From assembly GCA_038087875.1 (NCBI GenBank), contig JAXLNO010003819.1, positions 310,001-374,000 on the forward strand: a stretch of DNA of 64,000 nt, read 5' to 3'. The notes under the pieces were generated by a model. The model saw nothing but the letters and a program-made list of their open reading frames with translations, was not told the DNA's origin and did no database searches. Source of the stretch: Malacoraja senta (Eukaryota). Below, one piece after another: positions 23,721-38,599 of the stretch. Each line of letters begins with the position of its first letter. Within the stretch, counting starts at the first letter, position 1. Position numbers and translations under genes: made by a program.

Positions 23721-26700
23721 TGGCCCTGTCACACTGTGCGAGCTGACCCACGAGGTACCCCGAGCGAAAGACTCGTGGTTGTGCACGAGATTCCAAGTGT
23801 ATGATCAAGAGTTAAACCGAGTTCCCACGGGTATGACTCAAGTTTGCCGTTACCTGTCATTTCTGCGATGTTCCAAGTTCGTCACCCGAGTTATCAAGTT
23901 CCTCTCCCGAGGTACTCTTGAGCCAAGCGTGAATGAAGGTCTGTTTTAATAAGCAACAGTGACCGAAGAAGTGTTTCGACCCGAAACGTCGCATATCTCT
24001 TCTCTCCGTAGGTGCTGCCTCACCCGCTGAGTTTCTCCTGCATTTTTTGTCTGCCTTTGCATAATTACAAGCCTTGTTACCACCGTTTTTAAACGCAACA
24101 ATATTCATGCTCAACATTATGTTTATCCAAGTACGTTCACCTTTACTGTAATAGACGTTAGAACCTCCTGAGTTTGTGATGGGCGCTATTTAAATACAGG
24201 GATGTCTTTTCATTGCTGGACATCAATGTTTTTCCCTGTAACATATTTAATAGAATTTACACTTTATAATTAATCTATTCGCATCCGCATATAAAATCTG
24301 AATTAAGCCGAATTACTCATTGAACTGGCAATCGTGACATGAAAGCCATAAAGACGGAAATGGCAGACACAGACGCAGAATATTTGTATCTGCATTACAT
24401 TTACGTGCAGTTCATTTGGACCACAGTCTATGGCCCTTCCGCTGCAGGATATTGAAATGGGGACCCGTCAGACAAGGGTAGGGATATCACCCCAAGGGGC
24501 ACATAGCGACAAGAGAGTTTTGTTTAAATATAGATGGAAACAGTCCTGACACTATTGAATGTATAGACACTGATAATGCATTGCACTGTTTTTGGTTTGT
24601 GCGCATTTCGTATTCTGAGTAAAGTTTATATTAGAAAAATACCGAAGGAATTAACCACTGAGAATCTAGGAAAAGATTTTTGTTTTATACATATTTTATT
24701 CGGGAGAAAGATTATTTTTGAAATTACACATGGCATTGGTGTATTGCATATCCTGTACATCTTTTTATGATTTTTTTTTAAAAATTAGAAATAAATCCAC
24801 TGAAGGCACTGTTGTGTTTTTAAATCTGTTTGGAAGGATATGGGTCATACGCTGGAATGTGGGGCGCCATGTTCGGCATGGAGAAATTGGACCAAATAAG
24901 CTGTTTCAGTGTTGTATGACTGACTATATGAGATCAAATAATGTTATACTTAATTATAATGGTCAAACTCAAGTACGAATCGAAGTGCAGTATATAGAGT
25001 GCAAAATACAGTTCTCAGCATTGCACCGCACCAGTTGCACAGAGAGTCCAAATGTCAGTAATGAGGCAGAGGTGAATCGGACATTACCTTCGGTTATAGA
25101 AAGACCTTAAAGAAACCTGATAATAGAGGGGAAGTAGCTGTTCCTGAGGCTGGCGCTTTCAAACTTCTGTACTGCCCGCCGGACGGGAGCAAGGAGAAGA
25201 AGAAATGACCGGGATGGGACAACTCTTAGATTATATATGTTTTGAGGCATCGTGGAATGTAAATGGAGTCAATGGTGGGAGACCTGGTCTTTGTAAAATA
25301 ATATATCCTATAAGATTTTTTTTCTCATTTTGAGACATGTAGTAAAATACTGTGTTCTGATACTAACTATTAAATCCCTTAAATTTGCAAAATAACTGTT
25401 TATTAGTTCTGGCGAGGACAGCTGACCCTTTACTTGTGCAGTGAAACTTGCTGCCTTTAACAACATTTCAGCGGTAATCTTATCATTATTTACCGTATCA
25501 GAGCTGAGGGAGGCTGATGCACCCTGCCCGGGGAGAGGCCGCGGAGAGACTGCGGGGGGAGTACCTCACTGACTGTGATAGGGAGAGACAGAGGCGCACA
25601 CACACACACACACAGTGTGGAGTTCCTCTGGCTGAGTGTGTGTGTGGGGTGTGTGTGTGTGGGTGTGGGGGGTGGGACACACACAGAGAGAGAGAGCGAG
25701 AGAGAGAGAGACACACACACACACAGGAAGCGTGGAGTACCTTTAACTGTGTGTGTGGGAGACAGAGGCAGACACACACACACAACGGGCAGTGTGTACC
25801 TCAGTCTGTGTGTGTGTGTGTGTAGGGGAGAGAGAGACACAGAGACAGTGTGGACCTCTGACGGTGTATGAAGGAGAGAGGGGGAGAGAGACAGAGAGAG
25901 AGAGGCACAGAGGCAGTGTGGTGTACTCCGGCGTGACTGTGGGGGGAGAGAAAGAGCGCACAGGACCTCGGTCTATCTGTGTGTGTGTGTGAGGGAAGAG
26001 AGACTAAAGCAGAATACATCTTATTGTGTGTGGGGGGAGAAAGAGAGAGGTGGGGGGGGGAGAGAGAGGTGGGGGGAAGAGAGAAATGGGGGGAGACGTA
26101 TATACACACAAAGCATAGTTTTACTGTGTATGTGGGGGACACAGATGGACTTAGATGGACTTACCTCGGTCTTACTGTGTGGGAGAGGTGGCGAAAGAGA
26201 CGTACACTCACAGAGGTAGAGTCTCTCAGCCTGTGTGAGAGGAAGCGAGTGAGAGAGAGAGAGAGACACACACACAAGGTGGATGTGAAATCTCACCTGC
26301 CTGTTTCAGTGACCGGCACCCGCCGCTAGTGAATGAAGACACCCTCATCTGTCTCCCCCTCCTCTCCCTCCACTCTCCACCCTCTCTCCTCCACCCCCCT
26401 CCCTCCCTGCTCCAACCCCCCACTCCCCCCCAATTTGGAAATGTCATCCCATCACCCATTCCTTCTCTCCAGAGATGCTGCCTGCCCGCTGAGTTAAAGA
26501 GTTCCCACGGTAGTCTCACGAGTCACTAAGGTAAACGCACGGGCCACTGCGTTCTTACAACGTGTTTAAATGTTTCAATTTTTAACGACAAGAGTACATT
26601 TTACTCGTGGAAAAGTTTAAACATGTTTGAACTTTTTCAAGAGTTAACAAATTTTACGGGTACCTGCCGTTAGCGCCAAGAGTCGCTAAGTTGCGTCCAC

Positions 26701-26806
26701 GAGTTCCGACGTTCCCGCTACGTTAATTGTACGTGATTACCACGAGTTAAATTTGTTTTAGACTCGGGGTACCTCGTGGGTCAGCTCGCACAGTGAGACA
26801 GGGGTT
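23721..26806. mobile_element. Duplicated copy of the PIF/Harbinger-type element
   Basis: Same TIRs, TAA at 23718-23720 and 26807-26809. Confidence 0.85.
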
Positions 26807-27481
26807 TAACAATGATATTCGACATTTCCTGGATCACAGACCGCTTTGATCTATCGTTTTCACACCTTACCCTTCCATATCTCTAGTCTCCCTCTCCACT
26901 GACTCTCAGTCTCGACCCCAAACGTCAGCCATCTTCTCTCCGGATATGTCTCTTGTCCCGCTGTTACACCAGCATTTTGCGTCTATCTTCGGCAGGGTAC
27001 TGCAAGATTTAACTTCATGAAGTAGAGTACAGGTCAGTGGACATCAACCGCATTGTGGACATTGGGATTTGATTCTGGAATTGATGCGCTACAATGTGGA
27101 TAACTTTATTCTGCACACTGTATCTTTCCCTTTGCTCTACCTATTGCACTTCGGTTTGAATGGGTTGTATTTATGGACCGTTATCTGATCTGCTGGCCAG
27201 CATGGGACGCACAGTTCATCACTGTATCTCTGATCATTTATAAATCTAAACCCAATCCATGTGTTTTCCAGACACCAGACATGGCGATTCTGTTCACACA
27301 GATGCCGCCCTCAGCACGGAGCACAGAAAGGGAATCGGTGGGTTTCAGCTGCGCCGATGATACCGCAAGCCGCCCTCGAGAGAAACAGGGTGAGTTGGGA
27401 AGAATTCTCAGGCGGCGGGCAACCACAACCACCAAGCGCGGTGCAGATGTATCTCTCTGCAACAGCCAAAGCTGAAACTGA

Positions 27482-27520
27482 TGTTTTTGTAGGAAGGTTT
27501 CACTGGTTTCCATCACTGTG
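27482..27520 (-). other. 23-RSS of V5
   Basis: CACAGTG (27520-27514), 23 bp, ACAAAAACA (27490-27482). Confidence 0.95.
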
Positions 27521-28443
27521 CGGCTAAAGGCGCAGTAATAAACTGCAGTGTCGCTCAGCTTCAGCCCCGATAGGGTTAAACGGACTAATTTTCTATCCGT
27601 CTGGAGCTGGGCAGAGAAGCGATCGCCTGCAAAATCGTCTTTCTCCTCGTTTCCTGTTGAATGTTTCCTCCATATGAACTCGGGCCTTGAGACCTGATGA
27701 TGCCGGTACCAAAATAAGTAGTAGTACGTTTCTGCGGTCTCATAGGTGCAGCTGAAAGTCACCGACTCTCCTTCTACCTTCTGTGCTGATGGCAGCGATT
27801 GTGTGATGGTATCTCCATGATTGGGATCTGAAAAAATATATGGATTATGTTTAGGTTTGTCATGCGTACACGAAAATACGCGGAAGACCTTTGTATTACA
27901 TGCTACCAAACAGATCAACTGATAATATACAATCAAATCAAACGCACGTTCATTAGATAGATAAAGGGAAGAGAGAGAGTGCAGAATAAAGTTATTATTA
28001 TTGAAGCGAATCTGTCCCAGAGACAAAGGCCAATGTCGACACTGGGGTAGATATGCATCGCATAGCTCCCTTGCATATCGAGGTGAATCGAACACTGCCG
28101 TGGCTTATAGGTAGAAAGGAACTGCAGATGCTGACTTAAACCGAAGTTAGACACGAAAAGCTGGAGTAATCCAGCGGATTAGCCAGCCTCTCTTGACAAA
28201 AGGAATAGGTGACCTGAAGAAGGGTCTCGACCTGAAACATTACCTATACCAATTCATTTTCTCCATGGCATATGGATGGCGATTAGATAGGACCGGCTTT
28301 CCATTTACATATATGGAAAGATTAGACCGGTTCGCATTCACAATGATGATCGACGTTCCGTCGGAGCAAGTAGCCGGATTAACTGCTGCGACTTTACCTA
28401 TCAGGCATGCTCCCCACACAATCCAAGTGGCAAATACGCGCAT
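27521..28443 (-). CDS. TCR alpha/delta V segment V5 (family I, near-copy of V1): leader 28443-28398, V exon 27827-27521
   Basis: Leader MRVFATWIVWGACLIG; open V exon with 3 nt differences from V1; ends YYCAFSR. Confidence 0.93.
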
Positions 28444-30243
28444 TTTCTCTGTGAAAACCCTTTGTGAATGTCCCTCCTCGACCTGGTGTTGTGCGGCTTT
28501 CGGATGTTCTCGCCTCTACTGTTGGTGCTGGTGGCGCAGTGGTGACGCTGGGCAGGAAGTGACTGCGTTCCGCCTACGTCAACTTCCTCCCCAGTTGGGA
28601 CTCGGTCAGCGTTCTTTCAGGTTAGGCATGTAGTGACTGGGTGGGGAATGAAACGTCCTGCTGTAACAGGGGATACTCGGCTCGACCTTATGAGTAACTC
28701 TTAGATATCATAATGTAAAGGAACTGTGAGGCACGGGTGAATGCGGGATTTATAGGTTGCGTTGATTGCTGGCGAAATGTACTTTCTGTTTAAATTTAAT
28801 TCCGAGTTAGAAGTGATTCCCATTCCCACATCGAACCGCATGGAAGGTATTAGATGCAAGAGGGATGCAAGTTAGGACGCGAGGCCACCTTCAGAGCATT
28901 GCGTTCAGTTTTGGGCACGTGTCATATGAAATATGTTGTAAAGCAGGAAAGGGTGCAGAGAAGACTGGCGATGATGTGGCCAGCACCAAAGGGACTGAGT
29001 TTTGTTTAGTGTAGTTCAGATATACAGCGCGGAATCTGGCCCTTCGGCCCACTGAGTCCGCACGTACCAGTGATCCCCGCACATTTATCATTTTATAACA
29101 AGCCAATTAACTTACAAACATGTATCTTTTTGGAGTGTGGGCGGAAACCCAAGATCTCAGAGAAAAACCCACGTAAGTCACGGGGAGAGCGCACAAACTG
29201 TGTACATACAAGCACCCGGAGCCTCCCCCCGCAGTCTCTCCGTAGTCATGTTACACGGATCTGTGGCGCAGTAAGGAAGTAGCTATACCGCTACGCCACT
29301 GTGCCGCCGTGCCACTGAGCTATATGGTGAGGATGAGGTGGCTAGGACTTTATTCCATGATGCGCATGGTGATGAAGGGTGTACAAAATCATGAGAGGAG
29401 TATATCGGGCAAAACGCACAGAGTCACTTGCCCCGTATAGGGGAATAGAGAATCAGATGATACATGTTTAAAGTGTGTGTGTGTGTGTGTGTGGTGGGGA
29501 TTTCACAGGAACCAGAGGGGTAAACTTTTTACACAAACGGTGGTGGGTTACTGGATCGAGCTGCCTGTGTAGGTAGTTGAGGCAGGTACTATCGTAACAT
29601 TTAGAATGGTACATGGAAAGGATAGACATGGAGGAATATGGGCCAAGCGCAGGCTGGTGGGATTAATGTAGATGGGACATATTGGTCGGTGTGGGCAGGT
29701 TGGGCCGAAGAGCCCGTTCCATGCTGTATGACTCTCTGAGTCTGACTTGGAGAAATCCCCCCTACCATCCCCCTGTTTCCCCTTCCCCTTCCCCGCTTAG
29801 GTACCATCGCATTCTCTCACCATCTTGTACCCGAATTCCCTTTGTCCATTAAAATAATGTTTTATTTTACTGTTTCTTTTCATACCTGACAATAATAAAC
29901 CAAACTAAAGTAAACTTGACTTAACGGAACTGAACTGAATTAAACTAAACTTAATGAAATTCACAGACATGATCTGGGAAACGTTCAATGTACAATCACT
30001 TTCAGGTATATACGTGTCGTAACGTTAGCTCATCATTTAACACCGAGCTCCTTGGGTAACACTATTTTGCTTTTATTGCTTCAGATTTTCCCTTATAAGT
30101 GCAGTGACTCCATCGCAGCTGTTCCGTCAACAGATAGAACCCACCCCGCTCACCGCTATTGGAGAGCCAACGGAGACACGGGGCAACAACGAGGGAGCGC
30201 TCTGTTTGCCGACGGCATATCGACAACTCAGCTGATAGACACC

Positions 30244-30697
30244 ATATGGTTCCTCATTATCTGGATGGCGTGGGGAACATTTTTGATAAGTAATAATGAC
30301 ACACATGCATTTCTTTTATCTTTTACTTGTGAAACAGGGTATGAATCTCAGACTTTAAATCTCGCAGGTCTGATCATTTTTTTCCGTTTGGATCTATTTT
30401 TACAGATCACGGCCGTGGCGATTCTGTCACTCAGTCGCCGCCATTAGCAGTGAAGACAGAAGGAGAAGCAGTGACGTTGGAATGCAGATACAAAACCACG
30501 GGTGCCTACAGGATATACTGGTATCGACAGATGCCCGGCTAAGAGTCCGAGTACACATTACGGAAAGACAGCGATGGCAATGAATGGAACTTCGCTGTCC
30601 GTCGTTTCTCTGTCGAACACCAGAGTAAATTCATCAGTTTGACCATCTCAGATCTGGAGCTGAGCGATTCTGCAGTTTATCACTGCACGTTGAGCCG
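30244..30697 (+). pseudogene. TCR alpha/delta V pseudogene V6 (copy of V2): leader 30244-30289, V exon 30406-30697
   Basis: Same TAA (30540-30542) and deletions as V2, plus start codon ATG changed to ATA at 30244-30246. Confidence 0.93.
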
Positions 30698-30735
30698 CAC
30701 AGTGGTGGGAATCAGTATACACCCGTACAGAAACA
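30698..30735 (+). other. RSS of V6 (22-bp spacer)
   Basis: CACAGTG 30698-30704, 22 bp, ACAGAAACA 30727-30735. Confidence 0.88.
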
Positions 30736-31338
30736 CAAGGCGCCTTGTGGCTCGGGTTGGAATCCAATGCAAGCCTCACACGGCTTCCTGTTCGCGGTTC
30801 CTGTCATTATGAGAATTGCTTCCAAAGTCGTTTTTGGTACGATTTGCGTAGGTGCGACGGTGTCTTGCTGAGATCTGTCATCCCTGTATCTCTTCCTTCC
30901 GTTAGTGGTCCCTGTTCTTTTCTATTCTTTGCTCCGTCTCTCTCTCTCTTTACCACAGCTTCGAAATGAAAGTCTCGCAGCTTCCCAGCTTCTCAAAAAA
31001 CGCGGTATTTGGAATGTTCCTTGTTCTGTTCGGATTTCGAATTTCTTCATCCAAAGTCTCCCATGAGTTGTGATAATTTCCCGCCGATTACAATGATCCC
31101 AATGCCATTAATAATCTATTTTAGACCAGGCTGCTAAACAGGGCTAGTCCACTGCTCCGACAGCACCAGAGACACGCGTGTGAACCTGACCTCGCCGTTG
31201 TCGGTGTGAAGTTTGCACGTTCTTCTGTTCGTCCAATAGATCGTAATTCATCGGGTAGGCGCAGAATATCTTACTCAGAATAGGGGAAGTAAGAACCCGA
31301 GGACATGGGTATAAGGTGGAGGGTGGGGAGGGGAGTGC

Positions 31339-31412
<74 letters not shown>

Positions 31413-33879
31413 TGTGGGGGGGGGGGTTAATGGCAACCCGTGGGGTAACTTTTTCCACACATACGGGGCGGTGTATGGAACGAGCTGCCGGAAGAGGCAG
31501 TTAAGGCAACAATCGAAGAAACATGTAGACAGGGACATGGATTGGACAGGTTTAGAGGGGTATGGGCAACACGCAGGCAGGCGGGTGTACTAAATGCTGG
31601 AGTAACTCAGCGGGATAGGCAGCATTTCTGGAGAGAAGGAATGGGTGACGTTTTAGGTCGAGACGTTTGTGGTCGAGACCCTTCTTCAGACGTCTTCAGA
31701 TGGGGTACGTTGGTCGTCATGGGCAAGTTAGGCCGAAGGACCTGTTTCCATGCTGTATGACTTTATGACTAGAATTAATTTATCCTTCAATCCCCGACAC
31801 CATTGATTGATTGATGTTAAGATGCAGCATGAAAACAGGCCCTTCAGTCAACAGAGTGCACGTCGACCATCACTCACCCGTTCACACTAGTTCCTAATTT
31901 CGCATCCACTCCCTCCGCATGAAGGCAAATTTACAGCGGCCAATTGACCTACAATCACGCAGCACATTTGAGATGAGGGGGGAAACCGAAGCTTCCAGAG
32001 AAAAGATAAGCGGTCGCATGGTTAACCTGCAGACTCCACACAGTCAGCAACTAAGGTGAAAAAAACGGAACGCTTCACCACTGTGCCATAGTAGAGGTGT
32101 GAGGCGTAATAGGGAGTTGGGGCATCAACAGTTAGAATACAATTTAGTTCATTCGAAAACTAAATTGAATTTAGTTTAGTTTAGAGATACAGCGCAGAAA
32201 CAGGTCCCTCGGCCCATCGAGACCGCACCGACCAGCGAGCCCCCCCGCACACGAGCGACAATTTACGCTTACACCAAACCAATTAACCTACATGCCTGAA
32301 CGCCACAGATCTCGGAGAAAACCCACGAGGTCACGGCGAGAACGTACAAACTCCGTACACACTGCACCCGTAGTCGGGATCGAGCTCGGTTCTACGGCAC
32401 TGGAAGTGCTGTTAGGCAGCAACTCTACTGCTGCGCCACCGTGGCCGCTCGGAATTTAATTTGGTTGGATTGGAATTGTGGGCAGGATAAATAATTCACG
32501 CGAATGCTTTGCGGTTTGGGAGCACACAGTGAATGCTGGTATATGAACACAACGCATTTTTCGCGGGAAATAATAAAGATAGGCACCAAGTCACCAACGA
32601 TTTCCACACGGTAAAAAAAAAACTACAAAATAACAAAATGGCCTTCTCCTCCTTCAAGAAACTGTGATCTGATAAATGTTTGATGAAGCGAGGAATGGAT
32701 CTCATCATTGAAACTGGAGATGAACGACCATTGAAACAATTTGCAGCAATATGAAGTGTCACATATCGTTCTTCAAGTAGAGGAGCGTCTTGGCGTTCAA
32801 ATCTTCATCTCAATCTCGGATTCAATGCCTTTCTCTTAACATCTCCTCTGTGCCATTTTACAAAGCTCTTGCCCACATATCGCTCCTACTCGTGCCTTGG
32901 CCCTTATCTCCGTTCAGCCCCTGACAAAGCTCGATTGTTATAATATTATTATCAGTGGCATTAGTTGTATGTATGTTGCAAGATAATTCATTTAATTAAT
33001 TGTGACATTCTTGTCACTGCTATTTTGAAGAGCGCGCGCCGGTGTGGACATCTTTGGCGACTTGATGCCGAACTTTATCATTCTCGCAGAACATTCTTGT
33101 TCCCGCTATTGAACCCGACGTTGTTCACCCCAAGCTCTGCCTCAACGATTACTGTATTCAGATAAATTATACCCCATGTCCAACAGTAGCAGTGCCCCCA
33201 ATCTCGACTCTGTAGATCTGTGATTATACGGAGTATTTGGCAAATAAGCTTGCAGTGTAGTTACCCGATTGACCAACTAACTGGGATACACGCCTGTGTA
33301 CACTGTGATTGACGATCCATTCCATCTATAACAATAAAATACCAGGTTATTCTGCCGATCACTTATTTTCGCAGCTGAGTCCAGGCAGATCAATAACATT
33401 CGAACATTTTAAGACACGCCTACAATTTCCAGAAAGATATCCAATTTAACGAAGAGATTTTTATGTAGCAACGTGTCTTTATTTGAAATAAAGATAATTT
33501 TAATCTTGCTTGTTTCGCTTCGTTATGTCGGAATTAGGATCGGGCTAAGCGTTTATTCCGTATATGTTACCCTTTCTACCAGAACAGCCTTCCACTCATG
33601 AAAGCAATCAGAAATTGATCCAATTCCGTGTAAATCAGGCGAATCTTTATTTATTCCAGGGAAGAGAACACGGCTGACAATTTCGCAATGCGTTGTTCAT
33701 TTTCTGGTTTCCTTATGATGCAGCAGCTATTGCGCAAATGAAAACATTGTATTGCATTAGAGGCAAGTCACAAATGACTAGAGATGCTGGAATGTGCAGC
33801 AAAAATAACATTATGTGTTGGAGGAACTCAACGGCGTCTGTCAGACATTGTACAAGAAAATGGAATGCGTGAGACGAGA

Positions 33880-34811
33880 TGCAGTACATGAACGGGGAAT
33901 CACCACCTGCGGATTAGTGGATGGACTCCGGTGAGGGGGAGACGGGTGTAGATAATGGCAGGGCTTGGTAGGATGCCTGTTTCTTCGTTGTCCATATGGA
34001 GCATCCTTTGTTCCAAACACATTCTTGCAAATTTCCCCATTCGGCATCCCCTGCGCGGGCTACGGCTTGTGGACTGCCTCTTGGAACCATGCACTACAGG
34101 CTAATATTATACACCTCGCCACTTTGTCCGCCCTGGCCTCAACTTGACTGGAACCACTTTGCCCCTCCTATTTCCTAATCGTTTTGTCTCTCACTCACCC
34201 GGTGGTTACACCGAATCAACAGATGAGGAGTGAATTAATCAGCAGCAAAAACATAAAACCATTTGCTGGAGCTGTGTCCACTTGAACCCTGTTGGGAGCA
34301 GTATCCTGGCAAACTGCACAACGAGATCGGTGGGAAGTGTCAATATGAGTTTTTGCAAACACATAGAGGAGGCACGCAGGATCAAGTGATGTGTTGTATG
34401 TTACACAGACTCACTTCGTCATTGTTTCCACTCATTGAGCCCTTTCCTTTTGACGACCACGGATGGATTCGGGGGCCGGTGTTGTTGCATGGTTGACACC
34501 ACCTCAGAAATAGGAGCCGGGCCAGGCTTCCGCGGTGTTATCAATGAGCAAGTGTGGAATCGCTCTCCTCTTGTCCGCGGCTGCGATGACGTTGGCAATA
34601 AAGCACTGGATGTACTGCGCTCAGCTGCAATGAGCAAACATTGCATACCCCAATCGTGCCTAATATCGCCAATGCAGGGAGCACACAGATGAAGAAGATT
34701 ATGTTTATCCTCGTCGCCAATAAGCGATACATTTTCAATCTCGGTATCATTCAAAATCGCACTAAAGTTTCTGTTTGTTATCTCCCCCCAGCTAAAAATG
34801 ATATTCGACAT
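33880..34811 (-). pseudogene. Paralogous putative GPCR pseudogene (unit 4)
   Basis: Paralog of the unit 2 copy; ORF track begins MSNIIFSWGEITNRNFSAILNDTEIENVS. Confidence 0.45.
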
Positions 34812-35450
34812 TTTCTTGATCTATCGTTTTCACACCTTACCCTTCCATATCTCTAGTCTCCCTCTCCCCTGACTCTCAGTATCGACCCGAAACGTCACCC
34901 ATCTTCTCTCCGTAAATGCATCCTGTCCCGCTGTTACACCAGCATTTTGTGTCTATCTTCGGCAGGGTACGACAAGATTTAACTCCATAGGGCAGAGTAC
35001 AGGCCGGTGCACATCTGCCGCATTGTGGACATTGAGATTTGATTCTGGAATTGATGCGCTACAATGTGGAGAACCTTATTCTGCACTCTGTATCTTTCCC
35101 TTTGCTCTATCTATTGCACTTCGGTTTGAATGGGTTGTATTTATGGATCGTTATCTGATCTGTTAGCTGGTATGCAAAGCATAGTTCATCACTGTATCTC
35201 TTACCATTATAAATCTAAACCCAATCCATGTGTTTTCCAGAGACCAGACATGGCGATTGTGTTCACACAGATGCCGTCCTCAGCACAGAGCACATAAAAA
35301 AAGTTGGTACGATTCAGCTGCGCAGATGACACCGCAAGCCGCCCTCGAGAGAAACTGAGTGAGTTGGGAAGAATTCTCAGGCGGCGGGAAACCACAACCA
35401 CCAAGCGCGGTGCAGACGTAACTAGCTGAAGCAGGCAAAGCAGAAGCTGA

Positions 35451-35489
35451 TGTTTTTGTAGGAAGGTTCCACTTGTTTCCATCACTGTG
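35451..35489 (-). other. 23-RSS of V7
   Basis: CACAGTG (35489-35483), 23 bp, ACAAAAACA (35459-35451). Confidence 0.95.
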
Positions 35490-36418
35490 AGGCTCAGGGC
35501 GCAGTAATAAACTGTAGAGTCGCTCAGCTCCAGCCCCGATAGGGTTAAACTGACTAATTTTCTATCGGTCTGGAGCTGGGCAGTGAAGCGAGCGCCTGCA
35601 AAATCGGCTTTCTTCTCGGATCCACTATAATATGTATACAGTATGAACTCGGGCCTTGAGTCCTGATGATGCCGGTACCAAAATAAGGAGTAGTACGTTT
35701 CTGCGGTATCATAAGTGCAGCTGAAAGTCATCGACTGTCCTTCTACCTTCTGTGCTGACGGCAGCGATTGTGTGACGGTATCCCCATGATTGGGATCTGA
35801 AAAAAAAGATTAGATTTAGGTTTGTTATGCATGCATCAAAAATACGCAAAAGTCCTTTGTATTACATGCTACCCAAACAGATCAACTGATAATATACTTA
35901 AATACAATGATACCAAACGGACGTTCAATAGGTAGATAAAGGGGAAATAGCAAGTGCAGAATAAAGTTCATATTATTGTAGCGAATCAGTTCCAGAGACA
36001 GAGGCCAATGTCGACACTGGGGTAGATATGCATCGCATAACTCCCTTGCATATCGAGGTGAATCGAGCATTGCCGCGGCTGAGAGGTAGTAAGGAACTGC
36101 AGATTCTGACTTAAACCGAAGTTAGACACGGAAAGCTGGAGTAACCCAGTGGGTCACCCTGCCTCTCTTGGCAAACGGAATAGGTGACCTGAAGAAGGGT
36201 ATCGACCCGAAACACGACCTATTTCAATTCATTTTCTCCATGACATGTGGATGTCGATTAAATAGTACCCGGCTTTCCATTTACATATAGGGAAATATTA
36301 GACCGGTTCGCATTCACAATGTAGTCGATGACCCGTCGGAGTAAGTAGCATGATTAACTGTTGCGACTTTACCTATCAGGCATGCTCCCCACACAATCCA
36401 AATGGCAAATATGCACAT
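35490..36418 (-). CDS. TCR alpha/delta V segment V7 (family I), apparently functional: leader 36418-36373, V exon 35796-35490
   Basis: Leader MCIFAIWIVWGACLIG; open 307-nt V exon ending DSTVYYCALSL. Confidence 0.93.
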
Positions 36419-38599
36419 TTTCCCTGTGAAAACCCCTTTGTGAAATTCCCTTCCTCGACCTTGTGCTGTGCGGCTTTCGAATGTTCTCGCCTCTACTGTT
36501 GGTGCTGGTGGCGCTGTTGTAACGATGGGCGGGAACTGACAGACTTCCGCCTACCCCATCTTACTCCCGAATGGGGACTCCGTCAGCGTTTTTTCAGGTT
36601 AGGCATGTAGTGAGTGGGTGGCGAAGGAAACGTCGTCATAGCTGTAACAGGGGAAACTCGGCTCCGCCGCGTGAGGAACACTAAGGTATCGTAATGTAAA
36701 GAACTGTGAGCAGCAAGTCAATGATGGATTTATAGGTTACGTTGATTGCCTGCCGAAATGTACTTTCCGTTTAAATGTATCTGTTAGAATTTAAGAGATC
36801 CCAGATCCCATTCCCAGGTCGTACCGCAAGGCATGGATTCGATGCGAGAGAGATGCGAGTTAGGATGCGAGGCCTCCTTTAGTATATTGCGTTCCGTTTT
36901 GCGCAGTCATATGAAAGATGTTGTCAAGCAGGAAAGGGTGCAGAGAAGATTTGAGATTATGTTGCCAGCCCCCAAGGGACTGAGTTTTGTTTTGTGGCGT
37001 AGTTCAGAGATACTGCGCGAAAACTGGCCCTTCGGCCCACGAGTCCGCACCGACCAGTGATCCCCGCACATCAACAATACCCTACACACACGTGGGACAA
37101 GTTTACATTTATAACAAGCCAATTAACCTACAAACATGTACGTCTTTGGAGTGTGGGCGGAAACACAAGATCTCGGAGAAAACCCACGCAAGTCACCGGG
37201 AGAGCGTACAAACTGTGTACATACAAGCACCCGGAGCCAGGATACCCAGGTCTCTGGCGCAGTAAGGAAGTAGCTATACCGCTATGCCACCGTGCCGCCA
37301 TGCCACTGAGCTACATGGTGAGGATGAGTTGGCTAGGACTTTATTCCTTGATGCGCAGGGGGAGGAAGGGTGATCTTACAGAGGTATACAAAATCACGAG
37401 TGGAAAAGATCGGGAACCGCACATGCCCCATATAGGGGAATAGCGAACCAGAGGATACAGGGTTAAGGTGTGTGTGTGTGTGGTGGGGATTTAATAGGAA
37501 CCAGAGGGGTAACTTTTTTACACAAATGGTGGTGGTTATTTGGATCGAACAGCCGATGTAGGTAGTGCAACGCTTTAAACAGGTACACGGAAAGGATCAC
37601 TGGGGGGCTGGTAACATGGAGGAATATGGGCCAAGCACAGGCTGGTGGGATTAGTGTAGATGGGACATATTGGTCGGTGGTTGTGTGTGTGTGAATGTGT
37701 GTGTCTGTGTGTGTGAGAGAGAAAGGGGGAGTGGTAGCCACTGTTCGCTGTCCTTGGCACCATGCACACGCTGCTCATCATTTTTTGGTGGCAGAGGTAA
37801 TTGATTTTGGAGGTGTTGTTGGATTGGGAACTATATGTAGTACATCATCAGCTGTGCAGTCGATTTGCCGAGTCATGGCAGTATACAGCATGGAAATAGC
37901 CCATCCGCTCAATCCGCCCACATCGAACAAAATGCCCCATCTATGCTAGTCCACTCTGCCTGCGTTTGGCCCATATTCCTCTAAACCTTTCATCTTCATG
38001 TACCTAATCGAAAAGTCTTTTACATGTTGAGATAGTAACTGGCCCAACAACCTCCACTGGCAGCTCGTTCCATACACCCTCCACCCATTGAGTGAAAAAG
38101 CTTTTCCTCAAGTTCCTATTAATTGTCTCTCCGTCTCACCTTAAACGGTTGTCCTCAGGCCCTTGATTCGAAAGACCCAACTCTGTGTAAAATACTCTGT
38201 GAATTCACGCTGTTTATACCCCCTCGTGATCGCTTGCACCTCTACAGAATCATTTACGTAGTCTATTCCTGGAATGTAGTGTAAATGTTAGCAGTGATGA
38301 CGGATTCAGTTGTAAAATTTGGAGTAGATCTGAGAAGAGCAGTTGGTCGGGCGATAGACGCAACACGGCGATGTAGGCCCTGCCCAATAACCCGTTGGGA
38401 TTGAACCAACTTTGCTGGCCGCATTTGTGCTTCAGGAGACAGGTAGTTGGCAGTGACGACCGTGATACAACGGGCAACAGGTAACTTAGTAATTGTACCG
38501 CATTGATTTTCTCACGTAATTCACGGGTAACTTAACAGGAAATTCATGATGGACAGTAAGCAGACAGTATCAAAGGGGAGATAAGCAGATTTATCTCTT